A stretch of DNA of 64,000 nt from positions 35,699 through 99,698 of the forward strand of contig VFZE01000018.1 in the NCBI GenBank assembly GCA_016871315.1, in the 5' to 3' direction. Of this stretch, positions 49,038 to 57,839 are shown in pieces. Position 1 is the first letter of the stretch; each line of letters starts with the position of its first letter. The translations under genes and the position numbers were made by a program. The DNA is from Acidimicrobiia bacterium. Lineage in GTDB: Bacteria > Acidobacteriota > Terriglobia > Bryobacterales > Bryobacteraceae. The notes under the pieces were generated by a model. It saw only the letters and a program-made list of their open reading frames with translations, did no database searches and was not told where the DNA came from.

Positions 49038-49490
49038 ATGACTGGGCCTTTGCTGGTGACGCTACTGCTTGGATTGCTGCTCGGCTGCGGAGGCGGAAAC
49101 GCGGCTACCGAGCAGGCGCGCAAGGAGAAGGAGTTCGAACAGATGCTGACCGGCGCCACTTTGGTTGGCAAGTTCACCTCCAAGGGAAGCGACAAACTGC
49201 ATGAGGACAAGTACACAATCTCGAAGGTCACGAAGATGCCGGCCGGCATCTGGCTGATCCACACGCGGGTGCAGTACGGCGAGCGCGACGTGACGGCCCC
49301 GGTTCCGGTGAAAGTGGTCTGGGCCGGCGATACGCCGATGATCACGCTGACCGATGCCGGGATTCCAGGCTTGGGTACCTTCACCGCGCGAGTGTTGTTC
49401 TACCGCAATGAGTATGCCGGGACGTGGAGCAGTTCCAAGGGCCACGGCGGACAAATGTTCGGAGTAATTGAACGGGGCAAGACTCAGTGA
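49038..49490 (+). CDS. hypothetical lipoprotein
   Basis: Lipobox LLLGC after a hydrophobic signal peptide. The body is rich in beta-strand-like sequence. No motif recognised. Confidence 0.6.
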   Translation: MTGPLLVTLLLGLLLGCGGGNAATEQARKEKEFEQMLTGATLVGKFTSKGSDKLHEDKYTISKVTKMPAGIWLIHTRVQYGERDVTAPVPVKVVWAGDTPMITLTDAGIPGLGTFTARVLFYRNEYAGTWSSSKGHGGQMFGVIERGKTQ

Positions 49491-51400
49491 GGGGAGAAGA
49501 TCTCCGGGTTTGATGGAAGAGCTTCGATTGGCTCGAGGACCGCTTCCTGCTGGAAGCAGTCGCTCAAGTCGGAGGCGGTGGCGTCGGCAAGCGCCATCGG
49601 GGGGATGCCGAGCAGGCGGAAGATAGTCTTCATGAGTGACGGCAGGGCAGTGTTCGCGCGGCAGACGTAGTTGGGTTTGGCGTGAGGGCTGGCGATCAGC
49701 AGCGGGGCGCGGTGGGAATCAATGTGATCGAGGCCGCCGGCGGTGTCTTCCTGCGTGATGAAGACGGCCATCTTCGGCCACGCAGGTGAGTGAGTCAGGA
49801 ATTCCAGCACGCGGCCGAGGGCGAGGTCGTTATCGGCAACGTAGCTGGCAGGGAAGGGGTAACCGTCGCCGGGACTGGGCCGTGTGGTGCTGTCGTTCGG
49901 TAGATGTAGGAGGGTGAAGCGGGGAAGTGTCGCCAACTGCTTCAGCTCCGTGATGAAGCGGGAGGCGCGGGCTTGGTCCGAAGCCGTTTCCTCGATTCGA
50001 AAGGAATAGATGGACAGATGGCGGCGGAGATGTTCGAGATAGGGTGGGAGCGAAACGTCAGGGGTGGTGTAGTAGTTGTCGGAGAAGGCCCACCGTTGGG
50101 TGATGGCGTGATGGTTGGGCGTGACGTCGATGTCGCGCAGAGCGAGGCGGGTTTGGAGCTGATCGCGAGCCGGCCGCACGATGCCGCGCGTGCCGTAGCG
50201 TGCCAGCAGAGGCAGCCCGGCCACCTTGCCGTTCTCCGCGAATTGAATATCGCCGAGAATGTCGTCGAAGCTCCGGCTACCCTTCATGATCAGGACAACG
50301 TGCTCGATAGCGGCGGGCAGCGCTGGTGGAAGCTGGGGACGCGGGAAGAATCCGTTGTTGGCGTAAACGCGTTTGGTGAGCTCCGCCAGCTCGGAGACGT
50401 CGGGGAGCGCGAACCGTGAAATGAGACTGCGTGGGTTGTTCAACTCCGGCCCGCGGCGCGAGGCGTTGGGTCCGGCGCCCTGGCCGAGTTTGGAGATGAG
50501 GAAGATCTCGTCCGTGGTGGCGGTGAGGCTTGTGGGAAACCAGGCGGTGGGAATATGTCCGAGGATCTGGTTGGTGGCGGTGTCGATCACGGCCAGGGCG
50601 TTGATGCCGCTTTCGGCCACCAGCAGCCAGCCGGAATCGGCGTGATACAGCAGGCCCTCGGGAAGAATGCCTCTGAAATGTTCGAGGGTTGGAATGCGGA
50701 GGGGGATCTCCGTGATCGGCTCCAGAGTCGCGGAGCCTAGAACGTGGATGGAGTCACGCTGATGGTCACTGAGATAGATGCGATCGTTGGCCGCGGTGAT
50801 GGCGGACAGGGATTCTCCGATGGAAATGGTCCGCTGGATCTTCCGGTCCGCGACATAAGCGACTCGGTTCTCCCCGGCAACGTAGGCGCCCTCCGCCGTT
50901 ACCGCGAGATGCAGCGGCTTGAAAGGCAAGGGGACGCTGAAGGTCTGCCGGCGGCTGTCGAAGAAGGCGAGTACTGGAGGTTCCTCCGGCAAGAGCTTCG
51001 CGCTGCGGCTGCCGATGTGCAAGAGAATGCTGCCCGAGATTGCCAGAACCGGGCCGTCTTGAAAAATCATCCTGGCATTCGGGCTGTAGATGCCTTGTTT
51101 CAAGGCCTGCGTTTTGGCTGCCCAGCCTCGCCGGCCCTGCGAGAGATGGGTCAGGGTAAGCGCGCCTTGGTCGATGGAGGCGGCCACAACCGCGTTCTTT
51201 TTCGGCGTGACGGCAATGGCGAAGGCTCCCGGACCGGCAGGGTGATGAAGGCCGAAAGGCGCGATGAGGCGGCCGCCGGGCAGAACGCTTTCCGCGCCGG
51301 GCCGGCGGAGAGCGGCGCGCTCGCCCGCGGGGGCTCGGTAATCGGCCGCAAGGCAGAGGCAACCCAATATCACGGCGGAGGATGCGATAGAATCACGCAC
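49484..51400 (-). CDS. beta-propeller (YncE-like) plus phosphoesterase/alkaline-phosphatase-superfamily protein
   Basis: The C-terminal half has HVVLIMKGSRSFDDILG (matching HVVVLMQENRSFDHYFG of the phosphoesterase family) and LLHLPNDST. Start set at GTG 51400 because the longest ORF (TTG 51469) would overlap the divergent ThuA-like gene. Confidence 0.65.
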   Translation of the reverse strand: MRDSIASSAVILGCLCLAADYRAPAGERAALRRPGAESVLPGGRLIAPFGLHHPAGPGAFAIAVTPKKNAVVAASIDQGALTLTHLSQGRRGWAAKTQALKQGIYSPNARMIFQDGPVLAISGSILLHIGSRSAKLLPEEPPVLAFFDSRRQTFSVPLPFKPLHLAVTAEGAYVAGENRVAYVADRKIQRTISIGESLSAITAANDRIYLSDHQRDSIHVLGSATLEPITEIPLRIPTLEHFRGILPEGLLYHADSGWLLVAESGINALAVIDTATNQILGHIPTAWFPTSLTATTDEIFLISKLGQGAGPNASRRGPELNNPRSLISRFALPDVSELAELTKRVYANNGFFPRPQLPPALPAAIEHVVLIMKGSRSFDDILGDIQFAENGKVAGLPLLARYGTRGIVRPARDQLQTRLALRDIDVTPNHHAITQRWAFSDNYYTTPDVSLPPYLEHLRRHLSIYSFRIEETASDQARASRFITELKQLATLPRFTLLHLPNDSTTRPSPGDGYPFPASYVADNDLALGRVLEFLTHSPAWPKMAVFITQEDTAGGLDHIDSHRAPLLIASPHAKPNYVCRANTALPSLMKTIFRLLGIPPMALADATASDLSDCFQQEAVLEPIEALPSNPEIFSPH

Positions 51401-51401
51401 G

Positions 51402-52229
51402 ATGAAAACCACACGCAGAACGCTATTGCAGAGTTTCGCCTTCGCGGCGGCGGGACGCGGGGCAACCAAGGCGACGGCCTTCGGGCTAATTGGCGACCGC
51501 TACCACAACTCGGATTATATAAGGACGGCGCTAAACCGCACGATCGTGAAAGAAGCCGGCGTTCCCATCGATTTCTGCGATGAGACCCGGATGCTGACCG
51601 ACGAGACGCTCGATGGCTACAAGATGCTGATCGTCCTCAGGGACGGCATGATCTGGCCGGACGGCTATCCGGATGAGAACACCAATGCGGCCTGGGTCGC
51701 GACAGGCAAGCCGAAGATGGTCTCCGAGCCGCCAGTGCCGGCTACCGCGGCTAAACCGCAGAACTGGATCAAGCCGGAGCAGGGCAAGGCGGTGCGGCGT
51801 TTTGTGGAGAATGGCGGCGCGGCGCTGTTCCTGCATAACGTGACTCACGTGGGGTTGACGGATCCCGACTTTCGGCATGTGCTGGGTGCGGCCTATACGG
51901 GCCATCCGCCGATACGGACGTTCAAGGTGAAGGTGACCAATCCGGACCATCCCATAACGCGCGGTGTGCGCGACTTCATCGTCACCGATGAACAGCACTA
52001 CATGGATTACGATAAGGATCCGAAGCATGTTTTTCTGGAGACCGTGAACGAGGAAGGGCTGACCTACCGCAACTACGGCGCGACGGCTCCGGGCGGATGG
52101 GCCTACGACTACGGCAAGGGGCGTGTTTGTTACATGTCGCCGGGACACTTGCTGACGGTGCACTGGAATCCGGAATACGTCAAACTGCAAAAAAACGCGG
52201 TGCGGTGGCTGCTGCGGCAGGGAGGTTGA
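51402..52229 (+). CDS. ThuA-like domain protein with Tat-type signal
   Basis: Twin-arginine N-terminus TRRTLLQSFAFAAAG. Overall similarity to ThuA / class I amidotransferase-like fold proteins (GDRYHN..., LFLHN). Confidence 0.65.
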   Translation: MKTTRRTLLQSFAFAAAGRGATKATAFGLIGDRYHNSDYIRTALNRTIVKEAGVPIDFCDETRMLTDETLDGYKMLIVLRDGMIWPDGYPDENTNAAWVATGKPKMVSEPPVPATAAKPQNWIKPEQGKAVRRFVENGGAALFLHNVTHVGLTDPDFRHVLGAAYTGHPPIRTFKVKVTNPDHPITRGVRDFIVTDEQHYMDYDKDPKHVFLETVNEEGLTYRNYGATAPGGWAYDYGKGRVCYMSPGHLLTVHWNPEYVKLQKNAVRWLLRQGG

Positions 52230-52230
52230 G

Positions 52231-53271
52231 ATGCAACGAAGAGGATTTCTGGCGACGCCGCTGGCGGCGTTCGCGCAAGGCGGCAGAAGGATCGAAGAGG
52301 ACGATCCGGGCAACATCAAGATCGCGCATATCCTGAACTGGAATGTGAGCGACGATTTCCTGCTGTTCTGCAAGCAGATCGGGCTGAAGTGGGCGCGGCT
52401 GATGTATCACGAAGACCCGCACGTGGACAAGGTTCGCGCGGTGCAGAAGCGGTTTGAGAGTTTCGGGATCCGGATCTACAGCGGCTGTCATTATGCCTAC
52501 CGGTCGTTGGACGTGCAACTTGGTCTGCCAGGGCGGGACAAGCAGATTGAGATTTACCAGACCTTCCTGCGGACGCTGGGCAAACTGGGCATTCATGGAG
52601 CGAACTACGATTTCCATCCGGCCAACACGTACACGACGAACTACATCATGCGGCGCGGCTACCGTACGCGCGAGTTCAGTGTGAAGGATTTCCGGGAGAA
52701 GGTGGAGAAGCAGCGGTTCGATCGCGAGTATTCCGCCGAGGATATCTGGGCGACCTACACCTACTTCATGAAGGCGGTGCTACCGGTGGCCAAGGAAGCG
52801 GGCGTCTACATGGCGCTGCATCCGGACGATCCGCCGCTGGCCAAGATGAACGGCGTGGCGAAGCTGTTCGTTCACTACGACGGCTATAAGCGGGCCGAGC
52901 AGATCGCCGGGGAGAACAAGTACTGGGGCCTGCGGCTGTGCGTGGGCACGTGGATGGAAGGCGGAGACAAGATGGGCAAGGACAGCTTTGAGATGATCCG
53001 CGACTTCGGCCCGCGCGGCAGGCTGTGGGATATTGATTTCCGCAACGTGAGTTCGCCATTGCCGGTGTTTCATGAGACGTTCCCGGATGAGGGCTATACC
53101 GACATGCACAAGATCATGCGTACGCTGCGCGAGGTGAAGTATTCGAGCGGCATGGTGCCGGATCATATTCCGGAGCTGGCTGGTGATGGTCCGGAGAAGC
53201 GGGCAGGACTTGCCTACTGCATCGCCTGCATGAAGCAGTGGCTGCGGCGCGCCAATGATGAAGTGGGCTAG
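52231..53271 (+). CDS. mannonate dehydratase (UxuA) family protein, short form, with Tat-like N-terminus
   Basis: [24 protein letters not shown] matches [45 protein letters not shown] and MVPDH are also present. GGAGG lies 5 nt before the ATG, and the start comes 2 nt after the ThuA-like stop. Confidence 0.8.
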   Translation: [346 protein letters not shown]

Positions 53272-53317
53272 CGGCGGGTGTAGAATCATCATGGTGCTTT
53301 GAAGGGAGGCCCGTTTC

Positions 53318-53677
53318 ATGAAGAAACTGCTCGTTCGAGCGTTGTGCATTCTGGCCGTCATTGCCGTTGGCGCGATGGCCGCCGATATCAGCGGGAAGTG
53401 GGAGGCGCAGGTGCCGGGACGCGGCGGTGAACCCCGCGCGACCACCTTCACGTTCAAAGTGGAGGGCGATAAACTCACCGGAACCATGTCGGATGGCCGT
53501 GGCGAGGCCGTGGCGATCGAAAATGGCAAAGTCAGCGGCGACACGATTTCATTCAGCGTGACGACGCAGCGCGGGAAGCGCGGCTACACGGGCACGGTCT
53601 CCGGCTCGGAGATCAAGTTCAAGCGCGAAGGCGGGCAGAACGCACAGGAGTTCACGGCGAAGCGCGCCGCCAGCTAG
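53318..53677 (+). CDS. small secreted hypothetical protein
   Basis: GGGAGG RBS and a signal peptide. Internal half-repeats (FKVEGDKLTGTM / YTGTVSGSEIKF). Confidence 0.6.
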   Translation: MKKLLVRALCILAVIAVGAMAADISGKWEAQVPGRGGEPRATTFTFKVEGDKLTGTMSDGRGEAVAIENGKVSGDTISFSVTTQRGKRGYTGTVSGSEIKFKREGGQNAQEFTAKRAAS

Positions 53678-53707
53678 TTTTTTCGCTCAGAAGCCTATAC
53701 TGGGGTC

Positions 53708-54712
53708 ATGAGGCCGGCCGCGGATTTCCGGATCGCGAGCGGCGTGCATCAGCCTGCCTATTTGCAATTGGCGCGCAGAGGGGAACTGAAGCGCAGGGCA
53801 CGGGAAGCGCTGGAAGGTCTGCGGCAGTGTCTGGTGTGCCCGCGCGATTGCGGCGTGGACCGGCTGGCGGACAAGACGACCGCTTGCCACACCGGACGGC
53901 ATGCGCAGGTGAGCAGTTACTTCCCTCACTTCGGCGAGGAGGATTGTCTGCGTGGGTGGCGCGGCAGCGGGACGATCTTCTTTTCGATGTGCAATCTGCG
54001 CTGCGTTTTCTGCCAGAACTACGATATTTCGCAGGCCGAGCGCGGGCCGGAGGTGCGGCCGGAGAGGCTGGCGGCCATGATGCTGGAGTTGCAGGACCGG
54101 GGCTGCCACAACATCAACTTTGTGACGCCGGAGCACGTCGTGCCACAGATCCTGGAGGCGCTGGCGATCGCGGCGGAGCAAGGACTGCGGCTGCCGCTGG
54201 TTTACAACACGTCGGCCTACGATTCGATGGAAAGCCTGCGGCTGATGGACGGCGTGGTGGATATCTACATGCCGGATTTCAAGTTCTGGGACGCGGCGAT
54301 GTCGCTACGGTACGTGAAGGCCAAGGATTACCCGGAGGCTGCTCGAAGGGCGATCCGGGAGATGCACCGGCAGGTTGGCGAGTTGTGCGTGGACGAGAAC
54401 GGTTTGGCGAGGCGTGGCTTGTTGTTGCGGCACTTGCTGATGCCTGGGGAGATTGCGGATACGGAGAAGATTCTTGCGTTCGTGGCGGAAGAGATATCGC
54501 GCGACACCTACGTGAACCTGATGGATCAGTACCGGCCGGCGGGGCGTGTCCAGGGCAATGAGTTTGTCGAGATCCAACGAGGAATCACCGGAGGCGAGTA
54601 TGAGCAGGCGCTGGAGGCGGCAGGAGGGGTTGGGCTGTGGCGCATCGACGGCAGAAGCAGGTCAGGCTTGAAGGACCAGGCATTTCAGATAATGCGTTTC
54701 TGGGACGGTTAG
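53708..54712 (+). CDS. radical SAM protein (PflX/COG1313-like)
   Basis: CNLRCVFCQNYDIS is a CX3CX2C cluster motif. The family-typical N-terminal Cys cluster CLVCPRDCGVDR...ACHTG is also present. Confidence 0.85.
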   Translation: MRPAADFRIASGVHQPAYLQLARRGELKRRAREALEGLRQCLVCPRDCGVDRLADKTTACHTGRHAQVSSYFPHFGEEDCLRGWRGSGTIFFSMCNLRCVFCQNYDISQAERGPEVRPERLAAMMLELQDRGCHNINFVTPEHVVPQILEALAIAAEQGLRLPLVYNTSAYDSMESLRLMDGVVDIYMPDFKFWDAAMSLRYVKAKDYPEAARRAIREMHRQVGELCVDENGLARRGLLLRHLLMPGEIADTEKILAFVAEEISRDTYVNLMDQYRPAGRVQGNEFVEIQRGITGGEYEQALEAAGGVGLWRIDGRSRSGLKDQAFQIMRFWDG

Positions 54713-55819
54713 CAGAATGGGGTGATCCTGGGCTTGCGTCCTCCGTTCGAGGATGCGCATGCTGCGGCCGGCATCGAGTGCAGCCCGTGCGATCACTTCG
54801 AGCAGCGCGGATTCGGCCATGTGGTGCGAGCAGGAGCAGGAGACCAGGATTCCGCGGGGAGAGAGAAGCTTTAAGGCGCGAGTGTTGATGTCGCGGTATC
54901 CGCGCAGGGCGCCTGCAACGGCGGAGCGGGATTTGGCGAATGCGGGTGGGTCAAGGATCACCGTGTCAAAGCGCCGGCCGGCGGCCGCATAGCCTGCCAG
55001 GAGGTCAAACACATCGGCTTCCTTGAACGCGACGTTCCCGATGTTGTTCGCCTCGGCGTTGCCGCGTGCGACAGCGAGCGATGAGGATGAGGAGTCAACC
55101 GCCTCGACGGTTTCGCATCGCCCGGCCAGGTGAAGCGCAAAGCCGCCGGTGGAGGTGAAGCAGTCAAGCGCCTTGCCGTGGCCATAGCGGGCGGCGGCAA
55201 CGTAGTTTTCGCGCTGGTCCAGGTAGAGGCCTGTTTTCTGACCCTCAAGCGGCTCCACCTTCCAGCGAAGTCCGTTCATGGTGATCCACTGCTCGTCAGA
55301 CAGGGAACCGTGGAGCAGTTTCTTTTCAAGCGGGAGGTCTTCTTTCTTACGGGTCGGGGAATCGTTACGGGCGACGATGGCTTGTGGAGAGAAGAGTTCC
55401 ACCAGGCAGGAGACAATCAGATCCGTGGCGCGATCCATTCCTTGAGAAAGGGCTTGGATGACGTAGCAATCTCCGTATCGGTCAACGATCAGGCCGGGAA
55501 GCAGGTCTGCTTCTGAATAGACGAGGCGGTAGGCGCCTGAGGAGATTCCGAGGAACTCGCGATGGCGCGCCGCGGCCTGGATCCGGTCGAAGTAAAACTG
55601 GCGGTTGACGGGAATCGCTTGGCGATCGAGGATGCGGAGCCGGATCTGCGAGGTGGAGGAGTAATGGGCCGTGCCGAGCGGCCGGCCCTTGTGGTCGAGG
55701 ACGGAGACGGTGGCGCCCGGAGAAGCATCGCCCGAGACATCGGAGGCGAACACCCAGGGATGACCAGAAAGGATGCGCTCAGCACCCTTGCGGGTCAGCC
55801 GCAGCTCAGACGATGGCAC
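54662..55819 (-). CDS. PUA-domain class I SAM-dependent rRNA methyltransferase (RlmI-like)
   Basis: N-terminus RILSGHPWVFASDV (PUA). The methyltransferase core has ALDCFTSTGGFALHLA and DTVILDPPAFA. Confidence 0.85.
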   Translation of the reverse strand: MPSSELRLTRKGAERILSGHPWVFASDVSGDASPGATVSVLDHKGRPLGTAHYSSTSQIRLRILDRQAIPVNRQFYFDRIQAAARHREFLGISSGAYRLVYSEADLLPGLIVDRYGDCYVIQALSQGMDRATDLIVSCLVELFSPQAIVARNDSPTRKKEDLPLEKKLLHGSLSDEQWITMNGLRWKVEPLEGQKTGLYLDQRENYVAAARYGHGKALDCFTSTGGFALHLAGRCETVEAVDSSSSSLAVARGNAEANNIGNVAFKEADVFDLLAGYAAAGRRFDTVILDPPAFAKSRSAVAGALRGYRDINTRALKLLSPRGILVSCSCSHHMAESALLEVIARAALDAGRSMRILERRTQAQDHPILLTVPETHYLKCLVLQA

Positions 55820-56645
55820 GGAGGCGGGCGATGCGCTGTTCGGTGGCCGGGTGCGTCGAGAAGAGCCGGGCCAGCGCCTGACCGCTGAACGGCTTGATGA
55901 TGAACATGTGGGCGGTGGCGGGCGAGGCTTCCAGCGGAATCCGCTTGGAGTAGTTTTCCAGTTTCTGCAAAGCGGAAACGAGACCGTGCGGGGTCCCAGT
56001 GTACTTGGCTGCGGTGGCGTCGGCGGAAAATTCGCGTGTGCGCGAGATGGCCATTTGGATCAGCATGGCGGCGATGGGGCCGAGAATCAGCATGAAGATG
56101 GCGCCTAAGGGGCTACCGCCTTCGTCATCATCGCGGCGGCCACCGAGGAAGAATGCCATGTGGGAAAGGTAAGTGATGGCGGCGCCGAGCGTGGCGGCGA
56201 TGGAGCTGATGAGAATATCGCGATTCTTGATGTGGGCCAGCTCATGCGCGATCACGCCTTCCAGCTCACGCGCGTCCATCACTTGCAGAAGGCCGTGAGT
56301 GACGGCGACGGAGGCATGCTTGGGGTTGCGGCCGGTAGCGAAGGCGTTGGGGGAATGTTCGGGAATGATCCAGAGCTTCGGCACGGGGATGCCCATGCGC
56401 GAGCAGAGATGTTCGGTCATGGGGCCGATGCGCGCGTAAACCTGGTGATTCTCGGTGGGCGAAACGGGCTGAGCGCGGTACATCGACAAGGCGATCTTGT
56501 CGGAAAAGAAATAGGACGCAAAGTTCATGACGACGGCCATGATGAGGCCCAGGAAAAGGCCTTGCCGGCCTCCGAGAGCCTGACCGCCGACGAGAAGAAC
56601 ACTGCTCAACAGACCCAGCAGGAGGGCAGTTTTGATTCCGTTCAT
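55806..56645 (-). CDS. htpX: M48 family membrane protease HtpX
   Basis: Four TM segments and HELAHIKNRD, the HExxH zinc site. Confidence 0.9.
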   Translation of the reverse strand: MNGIKTALLLGLLSSVLLVGGQALGGRQGLFLGLIMAVVMNFASYFFSDKIALSMYRAQPVSPTENHQVYARIGPMTEHLCSRMGIPVPKLWIIPEHSPNAFATGRNPKHASVAVTHGLLQVMDARELEGVIAHELAHIKNRDILISSIAATLGAAITYLSHMAFFLGGRRDDDEGGSPLGAIFMLILGPIAAMLIQMAISRTREFSADATAAKYTGTPHGLVSALQKLENYSKRIPLEASPATAHMFIIKPFSGQALARLFSTHPATEQRIARLRAIV

Positions 56646-56673
56646 AAAGTTGATCTGCTCCTATTTTCGCACG

Positions 56674-56709
56674 AAGGGGCGCCTGCGGCTAGCATACGCG
56701 GCGCCCCTT
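56674..56709 (-). terminator. GC-rich stem-loop between hsp20 and htpX (possible terminator or attenuator)
   Basis: AAGGGGCGCC-16 nt-GGCGCCCCTT, a perfect 10-bp stem 15 nt after the hsp20 stop. No clear U-tract follows on the transcribed strand. Confidence 0.3.
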
Positions 56710-56723
56710 TCGACCTTATCGGC

Positions 56724-57164
56724 TCAATTCGCGCTGACGTTGACTTTCACCGTCCGGGGCTTGGCCACTTCCTTCTTGGCGACGGCGACCTTCAGCACGC
56801 CGTTCTTGTAGTCGGCGGTGATCTTTTCCGGGTCAACCGTTTCCGGCAGCGAGAAGGCCCGCATGAAGGAGCCATAGTGGCGCTCAATGCGGTGGTAGCC
56901 CTTTTCGGAGTCCTTCTTTTCGAATTCCCGTTTGCCCTTGAGAGTCAAGGTGCCGTTTTCCATGCGCACCTCGATATCTTCGAGCTTGACGTCTGGCAGG
57001 TCAGCTTTGAGAACGAGCTCGTTCTCGGTTTCGAGGATATCGACCGCGGGCGCCCAAGGACGAGAAGACTGCTCGTCGGAGAGCATGCGGTTAAAGGTAT
57101 CGAACATGGAAAGGCCTTTGGAGAAGTCGTCGAGATCGGCGAAAGGATTGTATTTGATAAGCAT
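56724..57164 (-). CDS. Hsp20/alpha-crystallin family small heat shock protein
   Basis: Alpha-crystallin domain PAVDILETENELVLKADLPDVKLEDIEV...GVLKVAVAKK. Start set at ATG 57164, preceded by GAAGGAGG. The longest ORF runs to 57212. Confidence 0.9.
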   Translation of the reverse strand: MLIKYNPFADLDDFSKGLSMFDTFNRMLSDEQSSRPWAPAVDILETENELVLKADLPDVKLEDIEVRMENGTLTLKGKREFEKKDSEKGYHRIERHYGSFMRAFSLPETVDPEKITADYKNGVLKVAVAKKEVAKPRTVKVNVSAN

Positions 57165-57200
57165 GTTGTGTAAACCTCCTTCAGTCATATGCACATCTAC

Positions 57201-57229
57201 ATCATAAAACATGAGTGCTGTCTTGTAAA
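57201..57229 (-). promoter_or_regulatory. candidate sigma70-type promoter for hsp20(-htpX)
   Basis: On the minus strand, TTTACA-17 nt-TATGAT in an AT-rich spacer, about 35 nt upstream of the hsp20 ATG. Confidence 0.35.
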
Positions 57230-57280
57230 GTTATTTTATTCAAAGCTGTCTCATGTGTCCGTAAATCGATGAATATAAAG

Positions 57281-57310
57281 CAAAAATGGCCCAGGATCTA
57301 CCCTGGGCCA
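57281..57310 (-). terminator. rho-independent terminator of the ribosomal alpha operon (after rplQ)
   Basis: On the minus strand, TGGCCCAGG-GTAGAT-CCTGGGCCA followed by TTTTTG, about 30 nt after the rplQ stop. Confidence 0.6.
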
Positions 57311-57339
57311 TTCGGTTGTTTCCGCGCTGCGGCGCCGGC

Positions 57340-57804
57340 TTATCCCTTTTCCGAGCTCTCCTCGGTCTCTTCCTCTTCGCGGCCTTCGCGCATCGCCTTC
57401 AGCTTCTCTTCCTTGCGGCGGGCACGTTCGGCGGCGCGTTTGACCAGCGTGGAGCCGACCAGCTCAAGCAGGCACTGTTCGGCGCCATCGCCCTTGCGGG
57501 GCCCAAGCCGGACGATGCGGGTATAGCCGCCGTTGCGCTGGGCGAAACGGGGGCTGAGCTTGTCAAACAGCTTCTTCACGGAAGCGGGCGTTTCCAGGAA
57601 CGCGGCCGCCTGGCGGCGGGCGTGGAGAGAGTCGCGCTTGCCGAGGGTGATCATCTTGTCGACCAGCGGCTTGACGGCTTTGGCCTTGGGCACGGTGGTG
57701 ATGACGCGCTCATGTTCGATGACGCTGGTGACCAGCGCGCGCAGCAGAGCCTTGCGGGCGCCGCTGTCCCGCTTGAGTTTGAATCCACCTCTACGATGTC
57801 TCAT
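57340..57804 (-). CDS. rplQ: 50S ribosomal protein L17 (with charged C-terminal extension)
   Basis: MRHRRGGFKLKRDSGARKALLRALVTSVIEHERVITTVPKAKAVKP is canonical L17. It carries an additional Lys/Glu-rich tail of about 30 aa. Confidence 0.95.
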   Translation of the reverse strand: MRHRRGGFKLKRDSGARKALLRALVTSVIEHERVITTVPKAKAVKPLVDKMITLGKRDSLHARRQAAAFLETPASVKKLFDKLSPRFAQRNGGYTRIVRLGPRKGDGAEQCLLELVGSTLVKRAAERARRKEEKLKAMREGREEEETEESSEKG

Positions 57805-57839
57805 GATGCTGTTTCCTTAACTCTGCCGGCCGAGTGGGC

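Noticed and set aside
53318-54712. Small protein followed by a radical SAM enzyme, considered as a possible RiPP precursor-maturase pair
   Set aside because: - The 119-aa protein has a normal Sec signal peptide and a beta-rich globular-looking body rather than a leader-core peptide.
- The radical SAM protein has the PflX/COG1313 architecture (N-terminal Cys cluster plus CX3CX2C). It lacks a SPASM or RRE-like region that I can see.
- No transporter or protease lies adjacent.
54662-54712. 51-nt convergent overlap between the radical SAM gene and the RlmI-like gene. Similar overlaps occur at 17748-17776, 342-358 and 29941-29963.
   Set aside because: Both ORFs of each pair are well supported up to near their ends. 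Short 3'-3' overlaps are common in compact high-GC genomes. There is no evidence of a frameshift or fusion.
57165-57230. Possible RNA thermometer or CIRCE operator upstream of hsp20
   Set aside because: - The predicted 5' UTR is only about 30 nt and contains no anti-SD (CCUCC or UUUU) stretch that could pair with GAAGGAGG.
- Only a half-site-like GAGTGCT is present, without the inverted partner needed for CIRCE (TTAGCACTC-N9-GAGTGCTAA).
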